Positions 1-13,083 of a stretch of DNA of 64,000 nucleotides are shown here, one piece after another. The stretch is from Octopus sinensis (taxonomy: Eukaryota). The translations under genes and the position numbers were made by a program. Where the stretch lies: NCBI RefSeq assembly GCF_006345805.1, contig NC_043006.1:75082001-75146000 (forward strand), given 5' to 3'. Within the stretch, counting starts at the first letter, position 1; each line of letters opens with the position of its first letter. Below the pieces are notes generated by a model. That model did no database searches. It was not told where the DNA came from and saw nothing but the letters and a program-made list of their open reading frames with translations.

Positions 1-669
1 AGAGAGAGATAGAGAGAGAGAAGCAAGGGAAAGTGCAAGAGAAACGTTAACACATCTATTGTCAAATAAGTCAGCATCGAATCAACGACGCCAAAACGGT
101 TGTGGCAAAATGTTTCGTAACAATGGAGAATTATGTGTGGGAATATCTCGCTATTTATGTTTCTGATGCAGCTGGACCTCGAAGCTCTCTGCTTATGATG
201 CCGCCATTTTCTAAATTTTTTTTTTTCTTTTTTTCCCTAAGGTGAAGCAATATCGATATGTGTCTGACTTTTTTCGTAGAGGCGAAGCCTTCAGGGTGCT
301 TTCCTATGATCGAATCCATTTTCTTGTTCCAAAGTTCCAAAGAACTTAGTGAAAATATCAAACAACAAAAGCAAAAAGCTATTTTTATTTCTTTGAAGAA
401 TGAAATATGCCAAGAGCACTTCCTCACTTCCTCATCACTCTTCTGAACCATCTTTCATTCATTGGTCGGTTGAGTGGGAAGAAATATTCATTTTAATGTT
501 TTGAAAATACCTTGAATCCAATGTAAATATATCTGTCCGCAAGGCATGTCTGTATATTTTTGACATTTTCTCAAACACAAAGAAAACAACACAGGGATTC
601 TGACTTGCATCTGTAACAGATTGTGATGTGTTTGTCCGTTTTCCAATATCCAAAGTCTTATCGTTTTTA

Positions 670-1275
670 TTGGCGAACTGGCAGAATCGCTAGAACGCCG
701 TAAAAAAAAAAAAATATATACATTGCGGTATTTCTTACAACGCTTTACGTTCTGAGTTCAAATTCAGCCAAGGTCGACTTTGTCGTTCATCCTTTCAGTG
801 TCGATAAAATACATACCTATTTCTTTACTACCCACAAGGGGCTAAACACAGAGAGGACAAACAAGGACTGACAAGCGGATTAAGTCGATTATATCGACCC
901 CAGTGCGTAACTGGTACTCATTTAATCGACCCCGAAAGGATGAAAGTCTTTTCTCCCACTGTTATTCTTTTCTACTCTAGGCACAAGGCTCGAAATTTTG
1001 GCGGGAGGGGGCCAGTCAATTAGACTGACCCCAGTAGGCAACTGGTACTTAATTTATCGACCCTGAAAGGATGAAAGCAAAGTCGACCTCGGCGGAATTT
1101 GAACTCAGAACGTAGCGGCAGACGAAATACTGCTAAGCATTTCTCCCGGCGTGCTAAATTTTCTGCCAGCTCGCCGCCTTAAAATAAATACTAGTTGAGA
1201 ACTTGGGTTGATGTAATCGACTAGCCCTTAACCCCAAAATGACAGGCTTTTGCCTATAGTATAATGGATGATTAA
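670..1275. mobile_element. Cluster of SINE family A pieces (670-812 +, 813-946 -, 960-1180 -, 1190-1275 +)
   Basis: Repeated gtcgactttgcctttcatcctttc / gaaaggatgaaag...gtcgacctcggcggaatttgaactcag motifs. Confidence 0.8.
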
Positions 1276-1336
1276 GCTACCGAGATGGCAAAATCGTTAC
1301 CGTGTCGTACAAAATGCATTGCGGTATTTCTTCCGG

Positions 1337-1562
1337 CGTGATTGCAGAAACGTTAGCGCGCCGGGCGAAATGCTTTCCAGTATTTCGTCTGCAGTTACGT
1401 TCTGAGTTCAAATTCCGCCGAGGTCGACTTTGCCTTTCATCCTTTCGGGGTCGATCAAATAAGTACCAGTTACGCACTGGGGTCGATGTAATCGACTTAA
1501 TCCGTTTGTCTGTCCTTGTTTGTCCCCTCTGTGTTTAGCCCCTTGTGGGTAGTAAAGAAATA
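1337..1562 (+). mobile_element. tRNA-derived SINE family A, young copy nested in an older family A copy
   Basis: A/B-box-like head (gagttcaaattcc) and tail ccccttgtgggtagtaaagaaata; TSD ggtatttcttccgg (1323-1336) and ggtctttcttccgg (1563-1576). Confidence 0.85.
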
Positions 1563-1911
1563 GGTCTTTCTTCCGGACCTTTACATTCTGAGTTCAAAAA
1601 CCGCAGATAAAAAAAAATTACAAGTCAAAGAGTGGGGTCGATGTAACTGATTAACCCCTTTCTCCAAATTTTCAGGCCTTATACCTGTCGTAGAATGGAT
1701 TATTTATCTATTTATCTGTTAGTTCTTTTGTTTGCATGTTTATTGGAAAGATTCTTCTGTCTCTTGAAAGACAATTCTCCTTCTGATAAACTGGTAGGTT
1801 TGTCTACGACATTGGTCCTTAATCTGGGTAGCAACACTTCCACTCGGATTTTATAAGGAAATTGAGTGCTGGGCGTTTAGAGATTTCATGCTTCCTTCTT
1901 TAATATTTTTT

Positions 1912-2318
1912 ATCTTTTACTTGTTTCAGTCATTAGACTGCGGCCATGCTGGGGCACCGTCTTGAAGAAATTTTAGTTACATAAATCGACCCCGTGGTTT
2001 ATTTTTCTAAAGCTAGGTACTTATTTTATCGGTCCCTTTTGTCGAACTGTTAAGTAACGGGGACATAAACACACCAACACCGGTTGTCAAGCGGTGATGG
2101 GGACAAACACAGAAACAATGACACGCACGCACACACGCACATACACACACACGCACACGCATAAATACCGTGAGCTTCTTTCAGTTTCCGTCTACCAAAT
2201 CCACTGGTCGGCCCAAGGCGATAGTAAAAGACACTTTTCTCAAGTTTCCTCCCAGTGAGACTGGACCCAGAACCTTCTGATTGGGAAGCAAGCTTCTTAC
2301 CACACAACCACACCTCTG
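1912..2318 (-). mobile_element. SINE family B
   Basis: Reverse complement of the 5489 consensus. Confidence 0.85.
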
Positions 2319-2939
2319 CTTATTTATGATGAAATAAAATATTTAAACCAGGTGCAATACTTATATTTTAAAACATATTTAAAAAAAAAAATAAAAAGAA
2401 AGAAAAAACAGAATGTGAACAGGACGTTGTGTTACCAGAGAGCTGAAAATATGATTGATGATGTGTCAAGATCTAATGTTTACGATTTGTTTAATTTTAA
2501 TCTAACCCATGTTTTGAATTAATAATATTTATTAATTTGGAAGCAAAACATATTAATGTTTTGTTTTATTGCTTCAACTTTATTTGCTACTCTTTTTAAA
2601 AATTATTCTTTCCTATTAATACTATTTTGACTGTTAAAAAAGTCATTTATTTTTCTGTAAATAAATACGAAATATTTCATTTTCGATATTTTTCAGTTAC
2701 TCTTCATTTTTAACGCGTAGAAATGACTAATGAAAGAAGAAAATATCGATAATATTCCGTTAATTAATGGTGTTATTTCGTGCATCTTTAACCAAGAATT
2801 ACCTGTGTGGAATTTGCGAAATGTTTACTAATGAAGGAATAAAATCTTTGAGAATAATCAAAGACTTAAAGTCAATAAGAATACAAGGTAACTTCGAGAT
2901 TTAAAAATTGAATTCGGAAAGGTTGGAACAAGAGCTGTT

Positions 2940-3130
2940 TAGGACAAGAATCCATCCGTCCATCTGTCTTCTCCTGGAAGGCCGTAGGAGTAAAATTCTC
3001 AGACACCTCCTCCATAGGTTCCTATCGGAAGCTACTGTAATTACACTTTCCGGTTGGTTTATCAAGTGTGACTAACTGAAACAATGGATATCATCCATCC
3101 AAATACCATGTTCTACGTTTAGGTCTCGCG
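2940..3130 (-). mobile_element. Probable RTE-type LINE 3' end remnant
   Basis: Minus translation ...WMDDIHC...VASDRNLWRRCL resembles the RTE C-terminal A-x-DR-x-x-WR motif. Confidence 0.45.
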
Positions 3131-3492
3131 TTAGTTGGATTGATTATAAAAATCCATCTTGCGATTCCTTCATGCGATATTCTCAATGCGGAGAAATGGC
3201 TGCTTAGTGCATCATTTACAATTTCAAAGCTCATTGCTAAATACGGAAGTCCCACATTACCGGAAAGAATCTTGAATTATTTTCTACGAAATAAAATTTC
3301 ACCGCCATGTTATCCTACCGTCACTGATATAAATATTTGATGCTTATGAATAGTTTAGTTTCAGCTAAAATCGATGAAATGCCTAACAAGCTTTTGACCT
3401 TTGCTATGACTTAAAAACAACAGATGAAATCACATTGCACAATAAGGAGGTTTTATTATTGGCCTTTGGGCGCTATTGGATGGAAGGATGGA

Positions 3493-3863
3493 AGCACTCC
3501 GTCGGTTACGACGACGAGGGTTCCGGTTGATCCGAATCAACGGAACAGCCTGCTCGTGAAATTAACGTGTAAGTGGCTGAGCACCCCACAGACACGTGTA
3601 CCCTTAACGTAGTTCTCGGGGATATTCAGCGTGATACAGAGAGTGACAAGGCCGGCCCTTTGAAATACAGGTACAACAGAAACAGGAAGTAAGAGTGAGA
3701 GAAAGTTGTGGTGAAAGAGTACAGCAGGGATCACCACCATCCCCTGCCAGAGCCTCGTGGAGCTTTAGGTGTTTTCGCTCAATAAACACTCACAACGCCC
3801 GGTCTAGGAATCGAAACCGCGATCCTACGACCGCGAGTCCGCTGCCCTAACCACTGGGCCATT
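3493..3863 (-). mobile_element. tRNA-derived SINE family C
   Basis: Minus head aatggcccagtggttagggcagcggactcgcggtcgtaggatcgcggtttcgattcc (A and B boxes); 3' end cgtcgtcgtaaccgacggagtgc, shared with 18296-18570. Confidence 0.85.
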
Positions 3864-4007
3864 GGGGCGCTATTAGTACATATAATGCACTTCGTGTGTT
3901 TGTATATATACTTTGTTTTACGAGGAACACTTAACCATTTGAAGTTGTTGAATTTGTCCCATTTTATATGGTTTCACTTTCTAAATCATTCGATACAAGC
4001 TCTAAAT

Positions 4008-4270
4008 CAGGGGTTCACAACCAATTTTTACCTATGGACTCCTTTGATTACTATTTTATTCTGGTGGACCCCCTTAGCCATTCGATATTTAAAGATATTT
4101 CTTTCAAAATTCCTATTTTGTTTTCGCATTAACTTTTGTAGGTTGAACTATGTAAAAATCCAAACAGTTCCTTGCATTTAAAGTAAAAATTTTTCAGGAG
4201 CCCTTAAAATACTATTTTGTTGCGTGGACCCCCCAAAAACCTTATATGGACCCTCAGTTGAGAACCACTA
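4008..4270. mobile_element. hAT-type MITE with 8-bp TSD
   Basis: TIRs caggggttcacaac and gttgagaaccacta; CTCTAAAT duplicated at 4000-4007 and 4271-4278. Confidence 0.88.
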
Positions 4271-4811
4271 CTCTAAATTATTCGACACGGGTTGGAGTCC
4301 ATTCTGTTTATTTTCTATATTCGATAGCTCATTTTGCTGTCTTTTTCATCTTATAATGCTCCGCTAATGTTTTTATGTTCATAAATTCTGATGATCACAT
4401 TATTTTTTTCTTTCTTCTCATTGATAAATCTAATCAATATACAACAACCTATGTCTCATCAATATATATTTAATACGCTATACGTATTTGTATTATGTTT
4501 ACACTTATTCCACTATTAATTATTTTACTTCATATATTCCATTACATTCCGCTATTACCTAATTACTTAATGAGTGGTATCATGTGTTCAACTTTAGACT
4601 ATTTACTTATTACACAGAATTCATGAATCCTTTGATTTAAACAGAACAAAAATCAGAACTGATATGAAATTACAGACTGAAAATTCTAAAGGCCAAGGTG
4701 TGTTTGTTCCGCTTCATGTCTGTACAAAAAATATTGAAATATTGCTCTTCAGGAACTTTTGCTGTGAATATGATTAGTAATTCCTATGTACATTTGTAGC
4801 TTTTGTACAGA

Positions 4812-5180
4812 ACTAGCAGTATCGCCTGGTGTTGCTCGGGTTTGTTTCGACCCTTTAGAATTGGAATTTTTGAAAAGTAAAAAATTTGCATTATGTAGCT
4901 TGTTATTCTCTTTAAATGAACATTTCTCTGGTTGAAATAGACCGAAAAATGGCGACACAGCAGTCAAAAAATCGTAAAAAATAAGGATTTTCATAGAAAA
5001 AAAGCACCTTTTTGATGTAAATAATTTTTGCTGTTAACATGGTCCGATTTGAATTTTTTCTTCTACGGAAGGAAGAGCAAGCCTTCTTCTATCACACTCT
5101 CAATTTTGGTCAACTTACGCCGCAGGGTCGAAGGCTACCAAACCTGCCATACACAGACAACTTCAGCTTTATATATATAG
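4812..5180 (+). mobile_element. Non-autonomous Helitron/Helentron-like element, copy 1
   Basis: 5' end actagcagtatcgcctggtgttgctcgggtttgt with a subterminal hairpin; 3' end cagacaacttcagctttatatatatag. Both termini are shared with 15665. Confidence 0.65.
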
Positions 5181-5488
5181 CTGTGTTAAATATGTCTTAA
5201 ATGCGCATGTTTTTCATAAACTAAACCTGTTGTCCCTTCAAAACCCTACAGAAAATATATGTAATCGTGAACCCGTGTATAAATATGCATATATTTCGGT
5301 AGTTTTGAATACATTTGTGAAATTAGGTTGAGCATTTATTGCGGAAAATAACATGATGTAGAAGAACAAATGAATTATTGACTACATCGTATTGTAAGTA
5401 CTAAAAGTAATCAAAACTGTACAATGTTTGGGGAGTGATAAATATAATTTACATATTTTCCTGTTATTTTGGCATTTTTATCAACATA

Positions 5489-5653
5489 GGCGCTGGAGTG
5501 GCTGTGTGGTAAGTAGCTTGCAAACCAACCACATGGTTCCGGGTTCAGTGTCACTTCGTGGCACCTTGGGCAAGTGTCTTTTGCTATAGCCTCGGGCCGA
5601 CCAATGACTTGTGAGTGGATTTGGTAGACGGAAACTGAAAGAAGCCTGTCGTA

Positions 5654-5702
<49 letters not shown>

Positions 5703-5913
5703 TTGTGTGTCTGTGTTTGTCCCCCCAGCATTGCTTGACAACCGATGCTGGTGTGTTTACGTCCCCGTTACTTAGCGGTTCGGCAAAAGAGACCGATAGA
5801 ATAAGTACTGGGCTTACAAAGAATAAGTCCCGGGATCGATTTGCTCCACTAAAGGCGGTGCTCCAGCATGGCCGCAGTCAAATGACTGAAACAAGTAAAA
5901 GAGTAAAGAGAGT
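5489..5913 (+). mobile_element. tRNA-derived SINE family B (internal microsatellite), representative full copy
   Basis: Head ggagtggctgtgtggtaagtagcttg...gggttcagt; body gtggcaccttgggcaagtgtctt; central (TA)n(TG)n; tail gcagtcaaatgactgaaacaagtaaaagagtaaaagag. Confidence 0.9.
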
Positions 5914-6474
5914 ATCCATTGGCAACTTTCATCAGACACTTTTTTCAACAATATCTCCGTCATGAATTGACGACTCGGGTGTCAATACAAATCAAGAGAT
6001 TAAGAACGAATTGTAATTTACTGAACAACCGGAAACATAATAAAGACATTGGGAGAAATTTTCCAATGACAAACAAATCCTTCGTACAAATGTTATTGCA
6101 TGAGGAAAGGATGGCATGCTTTCAATATTTGATCGTTATCATGGTTTTATGCGTCACTTTAAAAGATTAATTCCAAATACTTTTTTTATTGTCCACTAAG
6201 GGTAATAAAATTTTATCAACCATTGGCAACATCTTAGTGCAAAACCTCTCTGATCTTTTACTTGTTTCAATCACTGGACTGTGGCCAGGCTACAGCACAC
6301 GTTAAAGAGGTTTTAGTAAAAAAAAAATTCATACCCGTACTTATGTTTATTTTTTTCTATTCTACCGTTCTCTTTTGCTGAACCGTTAATGTTGCGGGGA
6401 CGTAAACAAACCTATACCGATTGTTAAACAGTGTGTGTGTGGGGGGGGGGTGACAAACATACACGCACATACGC

Positions 6475-6866
<392 letters not shown>

Positions 6867-6867
6867 A

Positions 6868-7680
6868 TAAAGAAATGAAAATTATACTTGAAGCTAGAAA
6901 GACTATAATATTTCATGAAGGTAAATATTGAACCGGGAAAGATGCACCAGACTGTTTCGATGTACCCATGGGCGCGCAAGACTCCGCAAAAATAACCGAT
7001 TTAGTCGGTATATACCTACTACACCAACTTAAAGAAGAATTCCCTGAATTAGAAGGTGGACTTTACCGGAAGATGCTCTATTCTTAGTTAGAAGTATCTC
7101 CAGTAGAAAACTTGAACTCTAGAAATAAAGACTACACAATTTTTAAAAAAACCAAGGACTCTCCATTGCCATTGAAAAAGTTAACAACTCTGTAAACTTC
7201 CTAGACATTAACTTCAATCTCAATACTTCCACCCACCAGCCTTACCATAAACCTAACAACAATATCACATACATAAACGCACAAAGTAACCATCTATATA
7301 ACACTATAGAAAACTTGACCACTAACATAGAGAGAAGAATTAATCTCTTATCATCTAATGAAGAAATATTTAACAAACATAAAGACTACTATAACCGAGC
7401 ACTTACAAAGGCAGGATATAAATATGAAATTAAGTATAATAAAAACGTCAGCATCAATATTAATAATACCAAACTTTATCATGAAATGAATAACGTAGAT
7501 AAATATTAGCGAACCTAAGTCACCTGATGAATTAGTACATCCCAATAATCGTATAAAAAAACCATCAATAATAGTCATCAACATATCTTTAGCAAAAAAC
7601 ACGAAAGTCACATCTATAGTAAACATACTAATAAACTTAATCAATACGAGCACCATAACCATAACTTTACTAAAGAAAAA
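6868..7680 (+). mobile_element. Penelope-like element, reverse transcriptase/thumb fragment
   Basis: Frameshifted translation [12 protein letters not shown]...[22 protein letters not shown]...GGLYR/DAL...VNFLDINFNL...HQPYHKP...SSNEEIFNKHKDYYNRALTKAGY is typical of PLE RT. Confidence 0.88.
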
Positions 7681-7715
<35 letters not shown>

Positions 7716-7778
7716 TAATAATAATAATAACAATAATAACAATAATAATAATAATAATAAGGAGGAGGAGGAGGAGGA

Positions 7779-8835
7779 CTGGATGTTAAAACTTGTCTCA
7801 AAACATGAAAACAAGAAAGCATCATACTCAGTAACAAAACAGGCAAAGGAATATCTAAGTGAATTCCGAATACAACAAATTTCGGAATTAGAGATAGACA
7901 TACAAGGAACAAGCACAGAAAAAGCTAAGCGGATGAAAACCCGTGCTAAAACTGCTGCCTTAGATATTCTGAATGATAAATGGCAAGAAAAACCTCTCTA
8001 TGGCAAATACCCAAAGAGAGCGAATAATGCAGATATTGACAAAGCCCTGACCCATCAATGGCTAATGGCCTCTGGCTTAAAATCTGAAACAGAAGGGTTT
8101 ATCATAGCAGCTCAAGATCAATGCCTACCAACAAGAAACTACCAGGCCAACATATTAAAGAACGGCAGTAGCCCAACATGTCGTGTATGTCAACAACAAA
8201 ATGAAACCATTGATCATGTTGTCTCCAAGTGCAGTCTCCTAGCGCCTACAGAGTGCCTCAACACGAAAAAAACTGGTGGGAACACAAACCACCTCCAGTG
8301 CTTGAAAATGACCACATCTCACTCCTCTGGAACTTCACCATTCAAACTGACAGAAAGATAGATGCAAATAGGCCAGACATCATATTGAAAGACTTCAGAC
8401 AAAGAACATGCCTCCTCATTGATATGACTGTCCCAATCGATATAAACGTATCTGTCAAGACCTACCAAAAACTGAGCAAATATAAAGATCTTGAAATAGA
8501 AATCAGCAAAATGTTGAACCTGAAGACAAACAATACCTGTTGTCAAAGGTGCCCTGGGAATGATAGCGAAAGGGGCTGATTGCAGAAATGGCAGAAATTC
8601 AAAAGATAGTGCTCATGGAAACTGCTCATATCCCACGCAAAATACTTTTTATGTAATCTCAAGGTTTAAAACAAAGAATTTTTTTTATTAGACATTCACT
8701 AGTACAACACCAAAAAAACCCAAATATATGGCACACTAGGCATAACAACAACGTGAACTTCCAACCTATTGTCTCTTGAGGTCTCTGGGAGACTTGGAGC
8801 CAACTTGTACAAGCAAAAAGCAAAAGTCAAACATA

Positions 8836-8836
<1 letters not shown>
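7779..8836 (+). mobile_element. 5'-truncated RLE-type (R2/R4/NeSL-like) non-LTR retrotransposon with (AAT)n tail
   Basis: CCHC knuckle CRVCQQQNETIDHVVSKC and restriction-like endonuclease NRPDIILKDFRQRTCLLIDMTVP...KLSKYKDL. Frameshifted; 3' UTR ends in (AAT)n. Confidence 0.88.
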
Positions 8837-8917
<81 letters not shown>

Positions 8918-9180
8918 TCTAAAAGCAGAAACAACTCCTATCATAATAGGTGCATTAGGCATGATAAAAAATTATTCAGACAAATACATAACAAAAACAC
9001 CAGGACTTACAAACACATATAACATACAGAAAATGGCACTACTAGGCATTGCACACATCTTACGCAGAACACTTTCCATACAATAACCATCAGAGCATCA
9101 CAACAAATCACAGCACATACCCAAGGCACACAGAGCTGCGCTCGGTAGTGAAGTGAAAGCACGATATAAAAAATATACTA

Positions 9181-9183
<3 letters not shown>
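8918..9183 (+). mobile_element. 3' end of a second RLE-type non-LTR family, flanked by (AAT)n
   Basis: LKAETTPIIIGALGMIK...NIQKMALLGIAHILRRTLSIQ* is the C-terminus of RLE ORFs; a short UTR then (AAT)n follows. Confidence 0.8.
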
Positions 9184-9263
<80 letters not shown>

Positions 9264-9265
<2 letters not shown>

Positions 9266-9413
9266 TTGTATGGAAAGTGTTCTGCACACATCCTACGCAG
9301 AACACTTTCCATACAATAACCATCAGAGCATCACAACAAATCACAGCACATACCCAAGGCACACAGAGCTGCGCTCGGTAGTGAAGTGAAAGCACGCTAT
9401 AAAAATAAAACTA

Positions 9414-9416
<3 letters not shown>
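9264..9416 (+). mobile_element. Shorter copy of the 8918 RLE 3' end with a fold-back 5' junction
   Basis: 9286-9416 is near-identical to ~9053-9183. 9264-9285 is the reverse complement of 9297-9318. Confidence 0.85.
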
Positions 9417-9482
<66 letters not shown>

Positions 9483-10790
9483 TTTAGCAATTCCCACCAT
9501 ACTAACCACAGTATTATTAATACTACTAAACCCAAGAATACTGACAACAAACACCAAAATTTTATACTTATAGATAAAAATAGTAATATTAAACCAATAA
9601 ACAGAAAAATCTAAACTCACCTAATCCCTTCAATAATGTACGTAACCATAGAACTCAATATAGATGGGGATAGAATAGCAACAAATAAACCAATACCTTG
9701 TGTGAGAATAGCTGACCCCACCAAACACAACCCATCATTCCAATAAAGAAAACAGCATTAACACTACTTGGATCATAATTCCTTTCGTCAAACATCTAAA
9801 ATTTAACTTTATTAGATCCATTAGAATGATAATTAATAAAAACTTCAAAAACTCTAAATATACTAAAATATTAAATAATGAAAAAGTTAGATTTGGATTT
9901 TCAGTCTCCCCAAATCACCTTAGGATAATCTCTTCTTTTATCAAGAAACTGGATCTATTCTAAAATATAAAAAACTACGATCAATGTATCTAGTACCTCC
10001 AATAATCCTATAATTAACAACTACTATAATGATAATAACCAAAGCTCCATTATCACTAATAAATATAGACATAACACCATAGTACTACCTACTAATTCAA
10101 ATTGTAATTGTAGGGACCCAAATACCTGTGAGTTGATAGAAATTGCAAAATGAAAGAAGTTGTATACCAAATAACTATTATTACTCAGGATTCCTCTAGA
10201 TACATATACGAGGGTTGCACGAAAAATTCACTTAAATTGAGAATTTATAATCACCGATCTTCTTTTAGGGACCCTAGAAAAGAGAATAGCACAGGTCTAT
10301 CTAAAAACATTTTGCACCTCAAAAGAAACAATACTGATTTCTCAATTTCTTGGAAAATCCTATCTTCTGCCCCCTCTTACAGAAATAATAACAATTTTTT
10401 ATAGGTTGTGCTTGGAAGAAAGCTGTAGCATAATGAGAATGAATGGAAATTTAGTTAATACTAGGGATGAAAAAGTGATCTCATGTAAACACATGACCAC
10501 ATTCCTATTTGTCAATCTTAAATAATTCTTCACCCCCACTTTGCTTAGATTAGTTTTTTGGTGTCTTTTAAAAATATTTCTAAATATTATCTTTTTCTAT
10601 GGAATACGATTACTCATCACATCCACATTACATCACTATATCTTACACTATCTTGATATTTTTTTTTATTTGAAATTTCCTTCTAACAATTGCATGACCC
10701 ACCATATACAGGGCTAACACTTTATCTATCTCTCCCTACACCTCTTTTTCTCTCAATATGTCTGTTTTTTAAAAAATAATATCTTTCCTT
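9483..10790 (+). mobile_element. Penelope-like element, linker plus GIY-YIG endonuclease and 3' UTR (continuation of 6868-7680)
   Basis: CNCRDPNTC...VVYQITI...YIYEGCTKNSLKLRIYNHRSSFR...STGLSK...SWKIL...RLCLEE...ISCKH is the GIY-YIG domain with flanking Cys motifs of PLEs. Confidence 0.88.
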
Positions 10791-10811
10791 AGTATATGTG
10801 AAGTATATGTG

Positions 10812-11195
10812 AGGCGTAAGAGTGGAACCAACCACATGGTTCTGGGTTCAGTCCCACTGCGTGGCACCTTGAGCAAATGTCTTCTACTATAGCCTCGGGC
10901 CGACCAAAGCCTTGTGAGTGGATTTGGTTGACGGAAACTGAAAGAAGCCCGTCATATATATATGTATATGTTTGTGTGTCTGTTTTTGTCCCCCCCCCCC
11001 AACATCGCTTGACAACGGATGCTGGTGTGTTTATGTCCCCGTAAGTTAGTGGTTCAGCAAAATAGACCGATAGTATAAGTACTAGACTTACAAGAGAATA
11101 AGTCCTGGGGTCGATTTGCTCAACTAAAGGCGGTGCTCCAGCATGGCCGCAGTCAAATGACTGAAACAAGTCAAAGAGTAAAAGAGTAAAAAAGA
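10812..11195 (+). mobile_element. SINE family B inserted in the Penelope 3' UTR
   Basis: Matches the 5489 consensus. Confidence 0.85.
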
Positions 11196-11816
11196 GTATA
11201 TAATGTACCTATAATTTTTTGTATTTTATTTTATTTGCACAATATGTCCATTTAAACCCCCTCAACATACCCATTCTAACTATTACTGGTTTATGTTACT
11301 TGTCGCTATACCTGGTAATTAAAAATATTTTACTGCTGATATATGCAAACATGTATGCACATATAGTACTTCTTGGTGTCCTACATGTCTACAACTATGT
11401 GTGCATATCTGAGTATGGATCTTATATGTCATGAGTGTGTGCATATTTATTATTTTGTGTTTATTTACCATATGTTACCACTAACATGTATCGTTTAATA
11501 GGAACGTGTGTATCTGCGTATATACGTATGTTTTGCATACACACATATATATACTACTATTTTTTTTTATATGTGTGTGCCTTTTCTCTTTTTGCACCGG
11601 TATGAGTATATATATATTTTTGCACGGCGTTTCTTCTTTTATGTACACCCTAATCAAAACACGATTAGAATTCCTTCTTGAGAACTACGTTAAGAGTACG
11701 CGTGTCTGTGGAGTGCTCAGCCACTGGCTCATTAATTTTCCGAGCAGAACCTTCGTCGTCATAGCATATTGGAGAGAGAACATTGTCGCTGCAGCGAGTC
11801 ACGAGAACAAACCGAC

Positions 11817-12232
11817 ACTCTTTACTCTTTTACTCTTTTACTTGTTACAGTCATTTGACTGCGGCCATGCTGGAGCACCGCCTTTAGTCGAGCAAATCGA
11901 CCCCGGGACTTATTCTTTGTAAGCCCAGTACTTATTCTATCAGTCTCTTTTGCCGAACCGCTAAGTGACGGGGACGTAAACACACTAGCATCGGTTGTCA
12001 AGCAATGCTAGGGGGACAAACACAGACGCACAAACACACACACATACATAAATATATATATACATATATACAACAGGCTTCTTTCAGTTTCCGTCTACCA
12101 AATCCACTCACAAGGCATTGGTCGGCCCGGGGCTATAGCAGAAGACACTTGCCCAAGATGCCACGCAGTGGGACTGAACCCGGAACCATGTGGTTGTTTA
12201 GCAAGCTACTTACCACACAGCCACTCCTGCGC
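11817..12232 (-). mobile_element. SINE family B
   Basis: Matches the 5489 consensus, reverse strand. Confidence 0.88.
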
Positions 12233-12615
12233 CTTTATTCAAACTTGTCAGTGCTATGCAGCCTATTGTCACTTGTTTATACGACATTCGTTGTTCGATT
12301 TATAGGAAACAGACAATACAACTTTCACTGATATTATGAAAGCTTGGTGGGGTGGAGACAAAGCACGGTGTATGCATTTGAAACAGCATTAAATTTAAAA
12401 TAGCCATTTGTGTATGATAGGAAATGTATACACACATTATGTATGCATCATATGCATGCATGTATGTATGTATAGACATGTATGTATGTATGTATGTATG
12501 TATGTATGTATGTATGTATGTATGTATGTATGTATGTATGTATGTATGTATGTATGTATGTATGTATGTATAGACATGTATGCATGTATATATGTATGTA
12601 TGTATGTATGTATAG

Positions 12616-12662
<47 letters not shown>

Positions 12663-12814
12663 TAAACACCCATATATACATGCACATACACACACACTCA
12701 TAATAAAAGACCTAAATGTATTGAATGCCTCTTTCTTTCGTTTGCCCACTCACCCGTACATGCGTGTGTGCGTGCATATGTATGTTTGTATAAACATGTA
12801 TATATATATATATA

Positions 12815-12854
<40 letters not shown>

Positions 12855-13014
12855 TGCTATTAAGTTAGACATGGCCTGGGCCAATAATGGCCGAAACCTA
12901 TCAAAGTATGCATACATACATAAATATATATATATGTGTGAGTGTGTATAGTTATAGCTATTTCTCCTCTCCACTCTCTCTCTGTCTGTCTGTCTGTCTC
13001 TCTCTCTTTCTCTG

Positions 13015-13073
<59 letters not shown>

Positions 13074-13083
13074 TATATATTTA

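Noticed and set aside
155-470. Minus ORF with SDEEVRK resembling a mariner C-terminus
   Set aside because: Similarity is too short to support a call without alignment.
3800-3863. tRNA-like sequences at SINE heads as true tRNA genes
   Set aside because: They run into SINE bodies and lack a complete acceptor stem; they are SINE promoters.
12875-12900. ggcc-aataat-ggcc-GAAAC hairpin resembling hammerhead stem II
   Set aside because: No CUGANGA upstream.
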